Shown: positions 12,230 to 24,518 of the stretch, piece after piece
Position numbering within the stretch: the first letter of the stretch is position 1
Layout of the letters: each line of letters opens with the position of its first letter
Assembly: GCA_004431415.1 (NCBI GenBank)
Contig: QPMI01000522.1
Coordinates: forward strand, 272,042-336,041
Origin: Cyanophora paradoxa CCMP329
Taxonomy: Eukaryota > Plantae > Glaucophyta
Reading direction: 5' to 3'
Length of the DNA stretch: 64,000 nt
Position numbers and translations under genes: made by a program
The notes under the pieces: generated by a model
What the model was told of the DNA's origin: nothing
The model's input: only the letters and a program-made list of their open reading frames with translations
The model's database searches: none

Positions 12230-14121
12230 GTAACTAATCTCAAAACGGTGATGCGTGCCGACGGGCCCGGCCCGAGAGGGCAGGGGGCGGCGGCCGCGGC
12301 CTTGGAAGGGGGCGCGGGGCCCCCGCTCGCGCCCGACGCTTACGCGTAGCTGTAGGGGGCGGCGGTGGCGGGGATGCCCGGGGCCGCGCCGAGGCCGGCG
12401 CTGTAGAGCGCGAACACTGCGGGCGGCAGAGAACGAAGTGTCAGAGGACCTCCAGGGGGGTACGCGATCGATCGATGGGGGCGCACGGTTCGACAGGATG
12501 TCGAGGGCGAACGCGGCGAAGATGATCCCGGGGCCCGAGAGGTACGAGGTGGCGGGGTACCGGCGGATGAAGTCGCCTGCGCTCGCGCGGCGGCCGCTCA
12601 GCGGCGCGGTCCAAGGCGCAAGGGGAGGGGGGGCGGCGGGGCCGCCCAGGTCAAACACACCGTAGGTCCAGACGAGGGCGATGAGGATGGCGGTGGCAAG
12701 GACGATGAACTTGCGGACGGTCGCGGCGTCGGCGCGGAGGAGGCCCTGTGCGAACAGGGTCGGACCGGGGCGGGGCCGGCGGGCGGGGCGGGGCGGAGCC
12801 GGGGCCGCCACGCACGGGGCAGATCATGCCGTTGAAGGCGGCGAAGTGGAGGGCCCAGAGGCGGGTCACGAAGACGGTGATCTACGGGAGACGTGCGCGG
12901 ATCAGCGAGGCGCGGCGGCGGAGCAGAGACGAGCGACTCGGCGGGCGGGGCGGAGCGGCGCGGGCACCTCGTTGTCGTACAGGGGCTCGGCGGTGGTGCC
13001 GACGAACGCGGGGAACGACCAGCGGAGGTACGAGGCGGTGCCGAAGAGCGCCCACCTGCGCGAGGCGGCGGATCGGCGTCAGCTGCTGCTGGTTGCTGCT
13101 GCGAGGCGGGCGCTGTGCATCTGTACGCACAGGGCAATGACGAGCCAGCCGAGGGGCTTGACCCACAGGTAGACCTGCAATTTGATCCGAAGTCAGATTC
13201 GATCCGCGGGCGGCGAGCGGCGAGCGGCGCGCACGATGGTGAAGATGTCACGGCCGGAGCGGGGAGCGGCGCCCTGGACCTGGGTCGGGGCCTGGCCGGT
13301 GGCGTAGCGGTACGCTGCGGACGCGCCGAGTCGGTAAGTCCGTCATGGCGGGAACTCCGGATCGGCGGCGGGCGGCCGGACGAACCGAAGAGCGCGGCGA
13401 AAAGGAGCGTGACTGGCATCGTGCGCGGGTCAGAAGAGCCTCGGGGGCGCGGGCAACCGCGAAACGGCCGGCCGTGGCTCACCGACCCAGACGAGGAACA
13501 CGATGACCGGGACGGCCTTGATCTCGGTGGGCTGGTGGGCCTTGTAGAACAGGCCTGGATCGAACGTGAGGCGCGATTTCGGAGTCGGCGAGGCGAGGAA
13601 TCGAGGGGCGACGAACCGTACATGATGAGGAAGATGGTCATACCGACAGCGACCTGCCCGGCCCAGGATTCGCTTTCGATCGCCGAAAAGCGAGGTGACA
13701 GGCTCGGACCTGGCCGAAGATGAGGAAGAGGGTCCGGCCATCGCCCTTGAGGTAGGCGTGCTTGGTGATGATGTAGTACAGCGAGACGACGGCCAGGCAG
13801 GACAGGCCGAGGATCTTGGCGTTGCATTCGAAGAGCTGTCGCCGGATCGCACGCCCGATCAGGCCGGGCGCCCGACTCGGGAGTTGCAACGGCCGCCAGG
13901 GCGGGACTCACCGGGTCGCTGGCGTACGCCTTGGCGGCGACGCCCGGGAACCAGTGCTCCGTCGCCCAGTCGGGAGCCACAGTGAACCAGGCGCCCGAAA
14001 TGGCGAAGATCCTGCCGGCCGGTTTCGGCGGAGATTCGCGGACTCGGAAAAAAGGTCACGGCGTTACGTACGCTGCGACGGCTCCGAAGAGCATCCAGCT
14101 CTCGAGAAGGGAGAACCTCAT
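12230..14121 (-). CDS. Multi-exon host multi-pass membrane protein, family not identified
   Basis: ATG 14121 (MRFSLLESWMLFGAVAA); several hydrophobic exons (ILGLSCLAVVSLYYII; VAVGMTIFLIMY; FIVLATAILIALVWTY). 3' end uncertain. Confidence 0.5.
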
Positions 14122-14410
14122 CTTGCCGGACGGTGGTTACTTTTGAGCCTTCCCGGAATGTCCGATCGAGGGACAAACTCGGAATTTATAGCGTGTACCC
14201 CGGCGCTGACGTACCCGCGGCCGGCCCGCAAGCTCAGACTGCTCAGTGCTCGGCACCGCTGCATCGCAGCTGCTGTGGTAGAGCACATCCTGGTCACTTC
14301 CGGCAGTTAGGCAGCTGCCGGCAGTTACGCAACTTCCGCCGGCAGTTACGCGCAGGCGTCTCTTTCGACGTGCTGTATACGCAGTGTTCATCCAGTCTTG
14401 CTCACTACGA

Positions 14411-15590
14411 ATGGCCTTTGCGACCTGTCCACTCGGCGGCGGCGCTGCACCTGGCGGCGCGCGCGCTGCCTTCGGCATCGCGTCGACGTTGTGCGAGGCA
14501 CGCGCCCCGCTGCAGGCCGCCCAGCGGCCGGTGCGCCTCGCTCCCAGTGGCGCGTTGGATCGGCCGTGCTTGAGGCGGCCGGCGCCGCGGCAGGCCGGCG
14601 TCGTGTCTTGATCGTCGCGTCAAGTTCACTCGCGCCTTGCATTGCCTTCTGGGCTGCGCCCCGCTCTATGCGCCGATCACAACACACACACGCCGGCGCG
14701 TGTGTGCCCGCAGGAATGCATCGCCTCTCGACTCCTGGACTACTCGCCCGTGGAGTTCGCCGAGGACGCCGGCAACGTGCGCCTGCCACAACCGCGCCGC
14801 CTCTCGCCGATCGAGCCGCCCACAGGCGTTTGGCGGCGGCGTGCAGTCGCGTGCGAGCGGTTGCCGCAAGCATGCGCACGGGCGCCCCGCCCGCCTCCCA
14901 ATCTGCCGAGCCGGACGGGGCGGGACCGCAGGGAGCCCTGAAGCCGGGCCTGCCAGAACCGAAGGAGGGCGACACGTTGGAGATCGTCTGAGCCGACCTC
15001 CGCGCCGCCTCCGACGTGGCTCGCTACTCCCTGCTCGTTGAGGAATTGCCCAAGCGCAAGGTACCCCTACAGCTACCCGCACTCTCCGACACACCGTACC
15101 CCCTGACGCCTGGCACCCCGGCCCAGGGCGAGGCCCGCGACGTGGGCGGAGGGCAGTTCAATCGTTGAGTTCATCACGGAGGGGTAGCCCGACCCGACCC
15201 GCTTTCGATCTTGTACCCCCCTCACCCTCATCCCCCTGCAGGATGTACGACGGGTATGTGCGGAATTCGAAGAGAGACGGCATCCGCGCACCCCGTCCCG
15301 CCCTAGGCCTCCCCCCGTCCCGCTCCCGTACCCCCCCCCCCCTCCCCTCCGTCCCGCTCCACCCGAGGGAGGCTGAGCCTTGAAGCCCGTCAAGATCTGT
15401 AACTGCGTCTGTAACTACGGAGCCCCGGCGGGGCTCAGCACTTGCAATTGCACCCTGGCGGTGCGGAAGAGTTACGCCCATCGGCTGGCGGCTTACGAAA
15501 GTTCGCCCAAGAAGCTTTCGTGCGCTGTGCCCGTAACCCCCCCCCCCCCCGGCTCCTCTCGCGTCTCTCGCTCCTCTCGCCCCCTTTGAG
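14411..15590 (+). CDS. Probable multi-exon host gene with plastid transit-peptide-like N-terminus
   Basis: Starts MAFATCPL..., Ala/Arg-rich; downstream exon-like pieces (ECIASRLLDYSPVEFAEDAG; ALKPGLPEPKEGDTLEIV). 3' end uncertain. Confidence 0.3.
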
Positions 15591-16399
15591 CCGGCCCTCC
15601 GCGGCCGCGCAGGAACGTGAGCGACTAATGGCTGCCGCTCGTTCCGAGGCGCTAGTGCTTCGCTTCAAGTTTGCAAGATGCCGGGGCCGACTCTCGGCGA
15701 GGGGCCGGCCGAGGCGCTTCGCTTCAAGTTCTTTTAAATTTGCTTGCAATTTAAGTTTGCAAGATGGCGGGCGCCGGGGCCGGGGCGGGGCCGAGCCGGC
15801 CCAGGGCCTTCGATCCAGGCCTCCCCCAGCACGCTGGGCCGCATCGATCCCGTCGTCCTCCCCCCCCCTCGTTTCATTTCTTCGAATTCCTCCCTCCAGG
15901 GCCATCAGCCGCCTCTGCTGGGGGTGCCGGCCGCGGGGGAGCCCAGGAGGCGGGCGCGGCGCGGCGGCGCTGAAGAGGACCCCCGGGCTGAGGTGCTCGC
16001 GCTTCGCGCCTCGAGGTCAAAAGATAGAAGGCCGCCGCTCCGCCCAGGAGCCCGCCTCGCGCTACGCGTCCTCAGTGACCGCCACCCCATAAGGCCCTCA
16101 ACCCTTATCTCCTCGGCCCGGGCCCGGGCCCGGGCCCGGGCGGAGGCCTGCTAGCGCCCGGTCCCTCGGGGCGCAGTCCCGCGGCGAGGAGTCAGCCTGA
16201 GCATCCAGCTATAGGAAGAAATTGTACTTTCTACGAGGCCGACTTTCTTGTACCAATTTGTATTTGTACTTGTATTTCGTGCTGTCTGGTTGCAGTTCGA
16301 ATTCGCTAAATCATGATTTCACAGTTATACAGCGCCCTACGTATACGCCTGCAAGCATTTGGCCATGGTGGCTTGGGCATCAAGCTAAAGACACCGATC

Positions 16400-19300
16400 G
16401 CGATCGCGAGGTCGACTAGTACTGTGGCACGCAGCCGAACGCCTCCATCCGCTTGTCTGGCGCGGCGCCGACTCCGCGTCAGCCCGGCGCTCGAGCGCTC
16501 GCTCATGGTCGCGATCGCGGGGATCGAGATCGATATCCGGATCCGGGCCAGTATGGCCCGGGGCCATGGGCGCACAGTACGTTAGGCAGAGGAAGGCGTG
16601 CTCCTCGCGCGCCGCCTCTCCCCCGCAGAACCGCGCCCAGTCCCGCCGCCTGGCCCCAAGGAGGCAGAAATTCAGCACAAATAAATTAAACATATACAAG
16701 TGATCATGATTCCAAACAGTGAATCTCACTCACCAGATGTTGCAGTAAATCTCGCGCTGATCCTTCGAATTCGAATTTAATTATCATAGTATGAATTCGA
16801 AACGCGAATGCGAGGCCGTCGCGATAGAATGCTGACCGGGTCGGGGCGCCGGCTGCAGTGCAGTTTGTCCAGATGCGCCTCTGCAGAGAGAAATTCGGGC
16901 CGGCGCAGGGGAGGTCTAGAGGCCCGCAAATTAAAGGCCTCGGGATGGGGCGCGCGCGCGCGGACCGGCGTCCTGGCAGGACCTCCTGTGGGTGGGGAGG
17001 CGGAGGACGTAGGGGTCCGACTCGTTCATGCAGTACGTGATCCAGTGCGAGCGCCTGCATGCGCGATATCAATAGACGCTGGCATCAAATTGAATTAAAT
17101 CGAGGCTGGCGCGTAAATTTAATCTGCAGCTGCAGCTTTAATTGCTGAAGGCGACAGATCTAGACGTCGACGCGGCGATTGTTAATTAATTACCAGAACG
17201 TGCACCACGAGTCCTCTTCGAATTCGAATCTCTGCCTCTGCGCATTCTTTTAAATATGCTTGCAATTTAAGCTTAAGCTTGTTCGAATTCCGGATCCAAA
17301 TGCAGCTTACTGAAGCCTCGTTCTCGACGAGTTCGATTGCGCCGGGAGCGCGGAGCTCCGAATTAGATTGCGAGCTGGCCGTCTGCAGCTGTGCTCGCGC
17401 ACAGTGCAACGTCTGCATCCTCAGTTCTGCGTTGAGGAGGAATATTAATTAATTACAGCGCTCGCAGCTGCAGCCTGTGATTAATATCCGAGATCTCGAG
17501 AAGCTTTAGCTCACCCGTGCTCTTGCAGTACAATTCCAGGCCCCGGCGCTCCCTCTCGCGCACGCGCGCGGCTCCACCTCGGCACTTTTCCGTCAACTCT
17601 CCGCCCCTGCGCATGCGCATGCGCATGCCGCGCCCCCGGCCAGGAGTCAGAGACGGGTACGGGCCCACGCACGCGGTCCCGGCTCGGCTGTATAAAAATT
17701 CGCTCACAACCGAGTGCACAGCGCCTTGCGAAGCTCCTGCGAAAAACGCGTTATCGCATCCATCCCAGCTCTCATCGAAATTTGCGAAATTTAAGATTGA
17801 GCTCCGATTTCGCACCGGGTCCGGCTCCAAGCCGCAATGCAGCTCTTTCAGCTTGGCATCTGCGCTGGAAATTATAATCTAGATCTGGAGCTGGGGACAG
17901 AATGTTCGCCGACGTCGACGTCGACGGTGATGATTATAATTAAATATTAAGGGCCAACCTAACCTAAGGATCCAACCCAAGGGCCTCCTAATTATATAAG
18001 GAGCCAACCTAAGGGCCTCGAGCTCTCGTTTCCCCCCAAGCCCGATATCGACATCGATACTCACCGACGTCGGCGCAGAAGGCGCGGTACACGCCGACGC
18101 GGTAGGGGTTCGTCTCGTTCGTGCAGTACACCACCCGCTGCACGAGCCTGGCACCGTGGCACGCGTACGTGAATGCAGTATACGTAAGAGATCGATAAGA
18201 AACCTGCAGCTGCAGGCGGCGCACCAGAACCTGCATCCAAACTGCGAAGGCGGTCACCGAAATTCATTTCAGGAGGCTTCCGATCGATTCAATAAAAGAG
18301 CTCGATTAATATTGAATATTCCGGTGCCGAACGCGAACTGTCCTCGCACCGGACTTGCAATTGAGACTTCGAGCTCCGACATCGACGCGCCGTCGACGTC
18401 CACGTCGGCGTCGGCGTCCTCGCCATGCTCGCCGAGCTCGCCGATGTGGGGCCGCGGGCGCGGGCGCCGGAAGGCCGAGCCGAGGACGTCCGCGCAGGCG
18501 AGGGCGCCCTCGGCCTCCTCCACCGCCTTCCGCGCCAGCCGGCTAGCGCCCCCTGAGCAGACCCGAAATTCTAGAATTTTAATCGGGCGCGAACGCTAGA
18601 AATTATAATTAAAGCCGCGGCCCGACGGCGCACCCTGAAGGGTCTGCAGCTGGTGCAGGTCGCGCAGGAATTCGCACGCCTCGGTCATCTTCGCATCCCG
18701 CAGCTGCGGCGGCGGGTGCATCATGCATATGATCGTAGCCGGCCTCGATCGGGAAATATCTCTAAATGAGCTCTACATCGAGATCTAGATCTAGATCTCG
18801 CACACCTCGTATTCGTTCAAGCCCGGCGCATACCAAGCGCTAGCGCGCGAAGCGAAGGAGCCCGAGCGATCGCGATCAGAGTTGCAGTCGAGGATCTGCG
18901 CCGGCAGCCCGGCCCGGCCCGGCCCCGCCCGCGCAAGCTCAGTCAGCACGCGCAAGCGCAGATCTAGATCTAGAGGCGAACGATACGACGAGGAGGACGA
19001 AAGCGGTGCGCACGTCCTCGATATTCGCGACGGCGCTGCAGGGCTGATCGTTGGCGGCCCGGCGCGCCGCGGTCCCGCACGCCAACGCCCAGACGAGGCG
19101 GCTGCGAAAATCGCAAGCGTGCCGACGTCGACGTCTAGATCTCACTCAAAATTTATAATTAAATTTAAAGCGCGCGAGATCGATCGATCTAGATCTAGAG
19201 CGGGCACAGAAGCGCGGAAGCGAGGCTCGCATTCTGCGGCAGGCCAGGGCGCCCGGAGAGGTATCGACGTCGGAATTCGCGATCGAGCCCTCGTCGATGT

Positions 19301-19584
19301 CGGGGTCGATGTCCTGAGCATATGCATACGCCGGCCGCGGCAGCTCCTGGGCGCGCGCGCGCTGGATCAGGCGCCGCGCAAGGGCGGGATCTATTTATGA
19401 GATCAAGAGGTCTTCTTGCCTGGAGCGGGCGACCGAAGACGGACGCGCCCGGCGCGCCGAGCTCGCCCCCGCTACGCGCGCCGATCTCGAGCTGCCGGGT
19501 CGCACCGGCGTCGTCGCCGGTCGCGGCGATCGCAGCTGCGGAGACTGCGAGCGCGAGAACGAGGAGCGCGGCGCGCGTGGTCAT
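16400..19584 (-). CDS. Probable multi-exon host gene(s), signal-peptide-bearing hypothetical protein
   Basis: MTTRAALLVLALAVSAAAIAA signal peptide at 19584; exon-like pieces VQRVVYCTNETNPYRVGVYRAFCADV and RFTVWNHDHLY. May be more than one gene. Confidence 0.3.
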
Positions 19585-19626
19585 CGTGCACTTTGCAAGT
19601 CCCGGGTACGCCGATTCCTGGGCGCG

Positions 19627-21980
19627 ATGCCGGGGCCGGCGCGAGCCATCGTGTGGTTCCGGTGCACGGCGCTAGCTCCTCGCAACTAGCCCGCTGCAGC
19701 TGAGCGCGGGCCTGGGGCGCGCGTAGGTCCAACCTTCGACTGCACGACAACGAAGCGCTGACGCTGGCCGCGGCCTGCAGCCACCTGCTGCCCGTATATG
19801 TGCGTGCAAGTCACCCGTGGGAACGGCGCTTTCGTTCGAACCGAGCGCGCTCGGCACGAGCCGCCGCCCGTCGCACGTGCCCCGGCCCGCGGGTCTACCT
19901 CTACCGCGAAGGAAGCCCCAGCGCTGGAATCTAGAAGCGCGATCTATCTTCCAGTCGCGGCGCTGCGCGGCGCTGGCGCGCGTACGCCTCGGCCTCGCCA
20001 TATCCGGGGGCCCGATCAGCGCCGCGCCCTCGCGCTCGAGCCAGCGCGCGCCCCGGCCCACGCCAACGCCGCCCCGACCGCAGGTCTTCGACAAGCGGAT
20101 CTTTGGGGCGCGCTCGCGCTGGTTCGACCAGGAGAAGACCGGCGCGCACCGCGCCCGCTTCCTCATCGAGTGCCCGCGAGCACGCGCACGCGCTCCGAGG
20201 CTCGCAGCGCGCCGCTCACGCCCCGCGCGCCGCGCAGGGCTGTGGAGGACCTGCGGGCGTCGCTGCGACGGATCGGCAGCGACCTGCACGTCGCCGTCGG
20301 GAAGCCGGAGGACATCATCCCGTCACTCTGCGAGCGGCCCGCCCCCGCCCCCGCCCCCGCCCTCGCCGTCGCCCTCGCGCTTCCACCTGATCCTCGTCCT
20401 GAGGCGCGCGCGCGGGGGGGTACCGCAGGTTCCGAGTGGAGCGGGTGCTGACGCAGGGCGAGGACTGCAGCGAGGAGGCCGAGGTCGAGCGCGGCCTCCA
20501 GCGGCGCCTCGCCGCCCTGCGGCCCCCCGCCTCCCTCGAGACGGTCCGGCCCGCTCTGACGTCAGATCGGATCAGATCTGATCTGACCTGAGCCTTTGCC
20601 ACCTCAGGTGAGGGACGCGACGATGGTGGACGCGCGTGACGTTCCCTTTGCTGTACCCCGCGGCCTCCCCGAGGTCTTCACGTCTTTCCGCAAGGTCCTA
20701 TAGAATTCTTTCTTTCTTTCTCTCTACGTCTTAGCTTCCGCAATCTTTAATCTCCGACTAGATCGTGGAGGAACGGAGCGAGGTGCGGGCGCCGCTGCCC
20801 ACGCCGGCCACTCTACCCCCCCTCCCCGAGGACGCCGCTGGGGCCCGCCCCGAGCCCGGCGACGTACCCCCCCTCGCCTCCTTCCGCCTCGCTTCCCCCC
20901 CTACCCCCCCTCCGGCCCCGACCTCCAGCGTCTCCGGAAAACCCGTACCCCCCGACGCGGCCTTCGAGGGGGGCGAGACGGCGGCTCTTAGGAGGCTGAA
21001 GGAGTACCTCTGGGACAAGGACCTCCTCAAGGCGTACAAGGAGACGCGGGACGGCATGCTCGGCGCCGACTACAGCAGCAAGGTGTACCCCCCTCCTACC
21101 CCCTCCCCGCCCTTCTTCCCGTCTCACCGTACCCCCTTCCCAAGTTCTCGCCCTGGCTGGCGGCTGGGTGCCTCTCCGCGCGGCTCGTGTACGCGGAGGT
21201 CCGCCGCTACGAGCGCGAGCGCGTCGCCAACCAGAGGTCCGCCCCCTTTCTTCCTCCCCCCGCCTCCCGCTCCGTCTAGGCTAAATTTAGATCGGTGGCC
21301 TTGCGCTTCTTTGAGCTCGCCGGCTCCGCATCTAAACGGGTACCCCCTAGCACGTACTGGCTTATCTTCGAGCTCCTCTGGCGCGACTTCTTCCGCTTCC
21401 TCGCCGCCAAGGTGCGCCGTACCCCCTCCGCTTCCCCCCTACCCCCCCGTCCGCCTCTCCTCCCGGCCCGACCGGTACCCCCCGGGGCAGCACGGGGACC
21501 ACCTCTTCTTCCGGGCGGGGATCAAGCGGACGGGGTACGCCTGGCGCGAGGACGCCGCCCTCTTCGACGCGTGGGTCGCCGGCCGGGTACGCGTCCCGTA
21601 CCCCCCTTCTCTCTCCCCCCCCAAACGGTCCCGCAGACGGGTATGCCGCTGGTGGACGCGGCGATGCGGGAGCTCGCGGCCACGGGCTTCATGTCCAACC
21701 GCGCACGCCAGGCAAGCCGGCGCCGGCCAGCCCCTCCGATGAGGCCCGGCCGGCTGTAGCGCTAGCCGGCTGTCACCAAGTGCCTATAAATAGATCTCTT
21801 CACGCCCCCCCCTCCCCCCTTCAGCCTCGATGAGGCCTGAGCTGGCTGTCGCCGAGTACCTATAAATTGATCTTCATCTTCTCACACCTACCCCCTCAGA
21901 ACGTGGCCAGCTACCTCGCCAAGGACCTCGGCATCAACTGTACCCCCCCGCGCGCTCCGTCTCTCTACCCGGCGCCCCTG

Positions 21981-22015
<35 letters not shown>

Positions 22016-23051
22016 CCCCGCTCCCTTCTTTCAGGGCAGATGGGTGCCGAGTACTTCGAGGCTGTTCTGCTCGACTACGACCCGGCCTCCAACTGGGGGA
22101 ATTGGTACCCCTCCCCCTCCTTCGTTCGCCACGCTGAGCGCTGAACGCACGTACCCCCAGGCAGTACGTGGCGGGCGTGGGGAACGACCCGCGGGAGGAC
22201 CGGCGGTTCAACATCACTAAGCAGGCGCGCCCCCGCCCGTCCTCGCATTCGCGTACCCCGGCCTCGATCGCGACGCCCCCCCCCCTCCTCCCCCCCTTCT
22301 CCCCCCCCGGCAGGCGAAAACGTACGACGCGGAAGGCGACTTCGTTCGCCGGTGGATACCCGAGCTCCGGAGGTGCGGCTACCCCCCCCCCCTTCCCCCG
22401 GCCTGGATCGGTTCCCCGTATACGTACCCCTCCTGACCATCGCCGGCCTTCCCCCCGCCCGCCGCGCAGACTCCCGGCCTCGAGGATACAGTGCGAGCCT
22501 CCCGGCACACGCCCTCTGCTCGCGCCGCGGGGGCGCCTTAGATCTAGACCCGACGATCTGCGCGTCCAGGCGGTTCCTGCCCCTCTAGCTATATATAGCT
22601 TGCTCCTTCAGATCTGCGCGCTCGGCGCCCCCCCCCCCCCCCCTCCTCCCCCCCCCCCCTCCCCCCGGGCGCTCGCACTCGCCTCACGGTCGGGCTCGCC
22701 GCCCCGCAGCGAGCCCTGGACCCTTTCCTCCGAGGAGCAGGCCGCCTACGGCGTCACCCTCGGTACCCCTAGCCTCCCTCCTGTGCACTTTTGCGTACCG
22801 CCCTCACCCCCGGGGTCCTTGACAGGCGTGGACTACCCCTGCCCCTCGTGCCCCGCTGGCCTTTCGGCCGCAGTCCGGGGGTACGGCGGCGGCGGGCGCC
22901 AGGGGGCGCGGGGGCGGGGCGGGGCCTCAGGGGCGGGCGCGGGGCTGGCCGCGGCGGCGGCGGCGGCGGCGGCGGGGCGCCGCAGAAATACGGCGGGCCG
23001 AAACCGAACGAAGGTGCTTTTGGAGGCTCGAGCGCGAGGGGCCGCCGGTGA
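19627..23051 (+). CDS. CRYD: Cryptochrome DASH (photolyase/cryptochrome family), multi-exon
   Basis: Spliced motifs [139 protein letters not shown] are diagnostic of CRY-DASH. Confidence 0.95.
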
Positions 23052-23721
23052 CTGCACCGCGGCGCACGAGGCGGCCGCGCCGGGGCTGCCCGGCCGGCGC
23101 GGCGCGCGCGCGGTCGACATCGACATTAACGTCACCCTTCAAGACGCTGATCCTCATTCGATTGCAGTCAATTTGCAGACAACAAGCCCGATCGAGGCTC
23201 ACGGCCGCGACGCGGGCGCCGGCCCAGCCCGGCCCCGCGCCGTGCGCGCGCGCCGTGGGCCCGCGGCCCGCGACCGCATGCAGGCCCGGACCGCCCGGTG
23301 CGCGACCGTGCGCCCCTTCGCAAAAGAATCGCAATTTGCAATGCGCACAGTATGATCCAGCTAGATATCGATTGCAAACGTTAACTTGAAACTTGCAATC
23401 AAAAATAAATATTGCCGATCGAGCATATGCGCATGCACGAATATTAATCATCGAACTCGAAACAAAAAGTTCGCATTGCATGCGCGCGCGCGTGCGAATC
23501 GGTGCGATCGCGAAGCACTGATGAATGCCGCCAGAATGCGAAGCATTGCGAACCCCCTCGCGATCACTTCCTGCGCGTTTCGTTCCTCTAGTGCTATACC
23601 CCTCAGGGGAATCCTCAAAATTGGCTCGAACTCGAACTTCGAATTTCGAAGGCTCCGGTCCGAGACTCCGAGCGTGCAGCTGCAGGCAGTGATGGTATTC
23701 CGAATTAACCCAAAAATGGAC

Positions 23722-24182
23722 CATTTCGGAAACGTTTCCGAAATATTTCGGAAATATTTCCGAAATATTTCCGAAATCAGGGGCCCCTCCCGAGGGCCCT
23801 TCTGCTGATGCCTGACGCTCCCTTTAACCTTCTTATGCTTTCCTTATTGGTAACAGTCCAGTTTCGTGTCTTCCGAATCATCAGAACATGCGACAGTACC
23901 AAAGGGAAATTCACACCTCGTACCCCCTGCCAGCCTTGTTGGCGGCTGAGTTCCGGTTCTAGACGTCTACGATAGACTCCTATCGTGTTATATAACCTTT
24001 CTATCACGTTTCCTATCATTTTAATGCGTTGTTTCGCCGTGTTTCGCGCAAAATGTGGCAAAACGAAAGTACCCCCCCTTTATTAGAAACAATTCCTAAT
24101 TAGGGGGGTCTCTCGGGACCTTTTCGGAAACAATTTCGAAATTGATTTCGAAATTGTTTATAGAAATGTTTCTAGAAAAAAT
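23722..24182. mobile_element. Possible degenerate MITE-like non-autonomous element
   Basis: Left TTTCSGAAA(TA) repeats followed by TCCCGAGGGCCC; right GGGTCTCTCGGGA followed by TTTCG(G)AAA repeats in inverted arrangement; ~300-bp AT-rich core with no convincing ORF. Confidence 0.35.
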
Positions 24183-24518
24183 GCCATCACTGGCTGCAGG
24201 CGCCGGCTGCGCATGCGCGCGCGGCGTTGCAAGTTGCGCCGCTTGCGCGCATGCATATGCCCCTCGGCGCGGGCCGCTTTGCAAGTTGCCGGCAACTTGC
24301 CGCAGTGCAGCTGCTCGGAGCCACACCACCTGCTCTGCAGCTGCAGCTCCATCAGCCTCCATGCCTGCAGCACCCGGCTGCAGCCGCGCGCTGAGCGAAA
24401 GCTGAGGCGGCCTTCCGAAGCTCAGCGGCAGGACCGGCGGCCCGGCCCGCGGCCGGCCGGCGCCCGCGAAGCTTCATACGTATACCGGCGGCGGCTCGCA
24501 GCCAGCCGCGGCCGAGAG

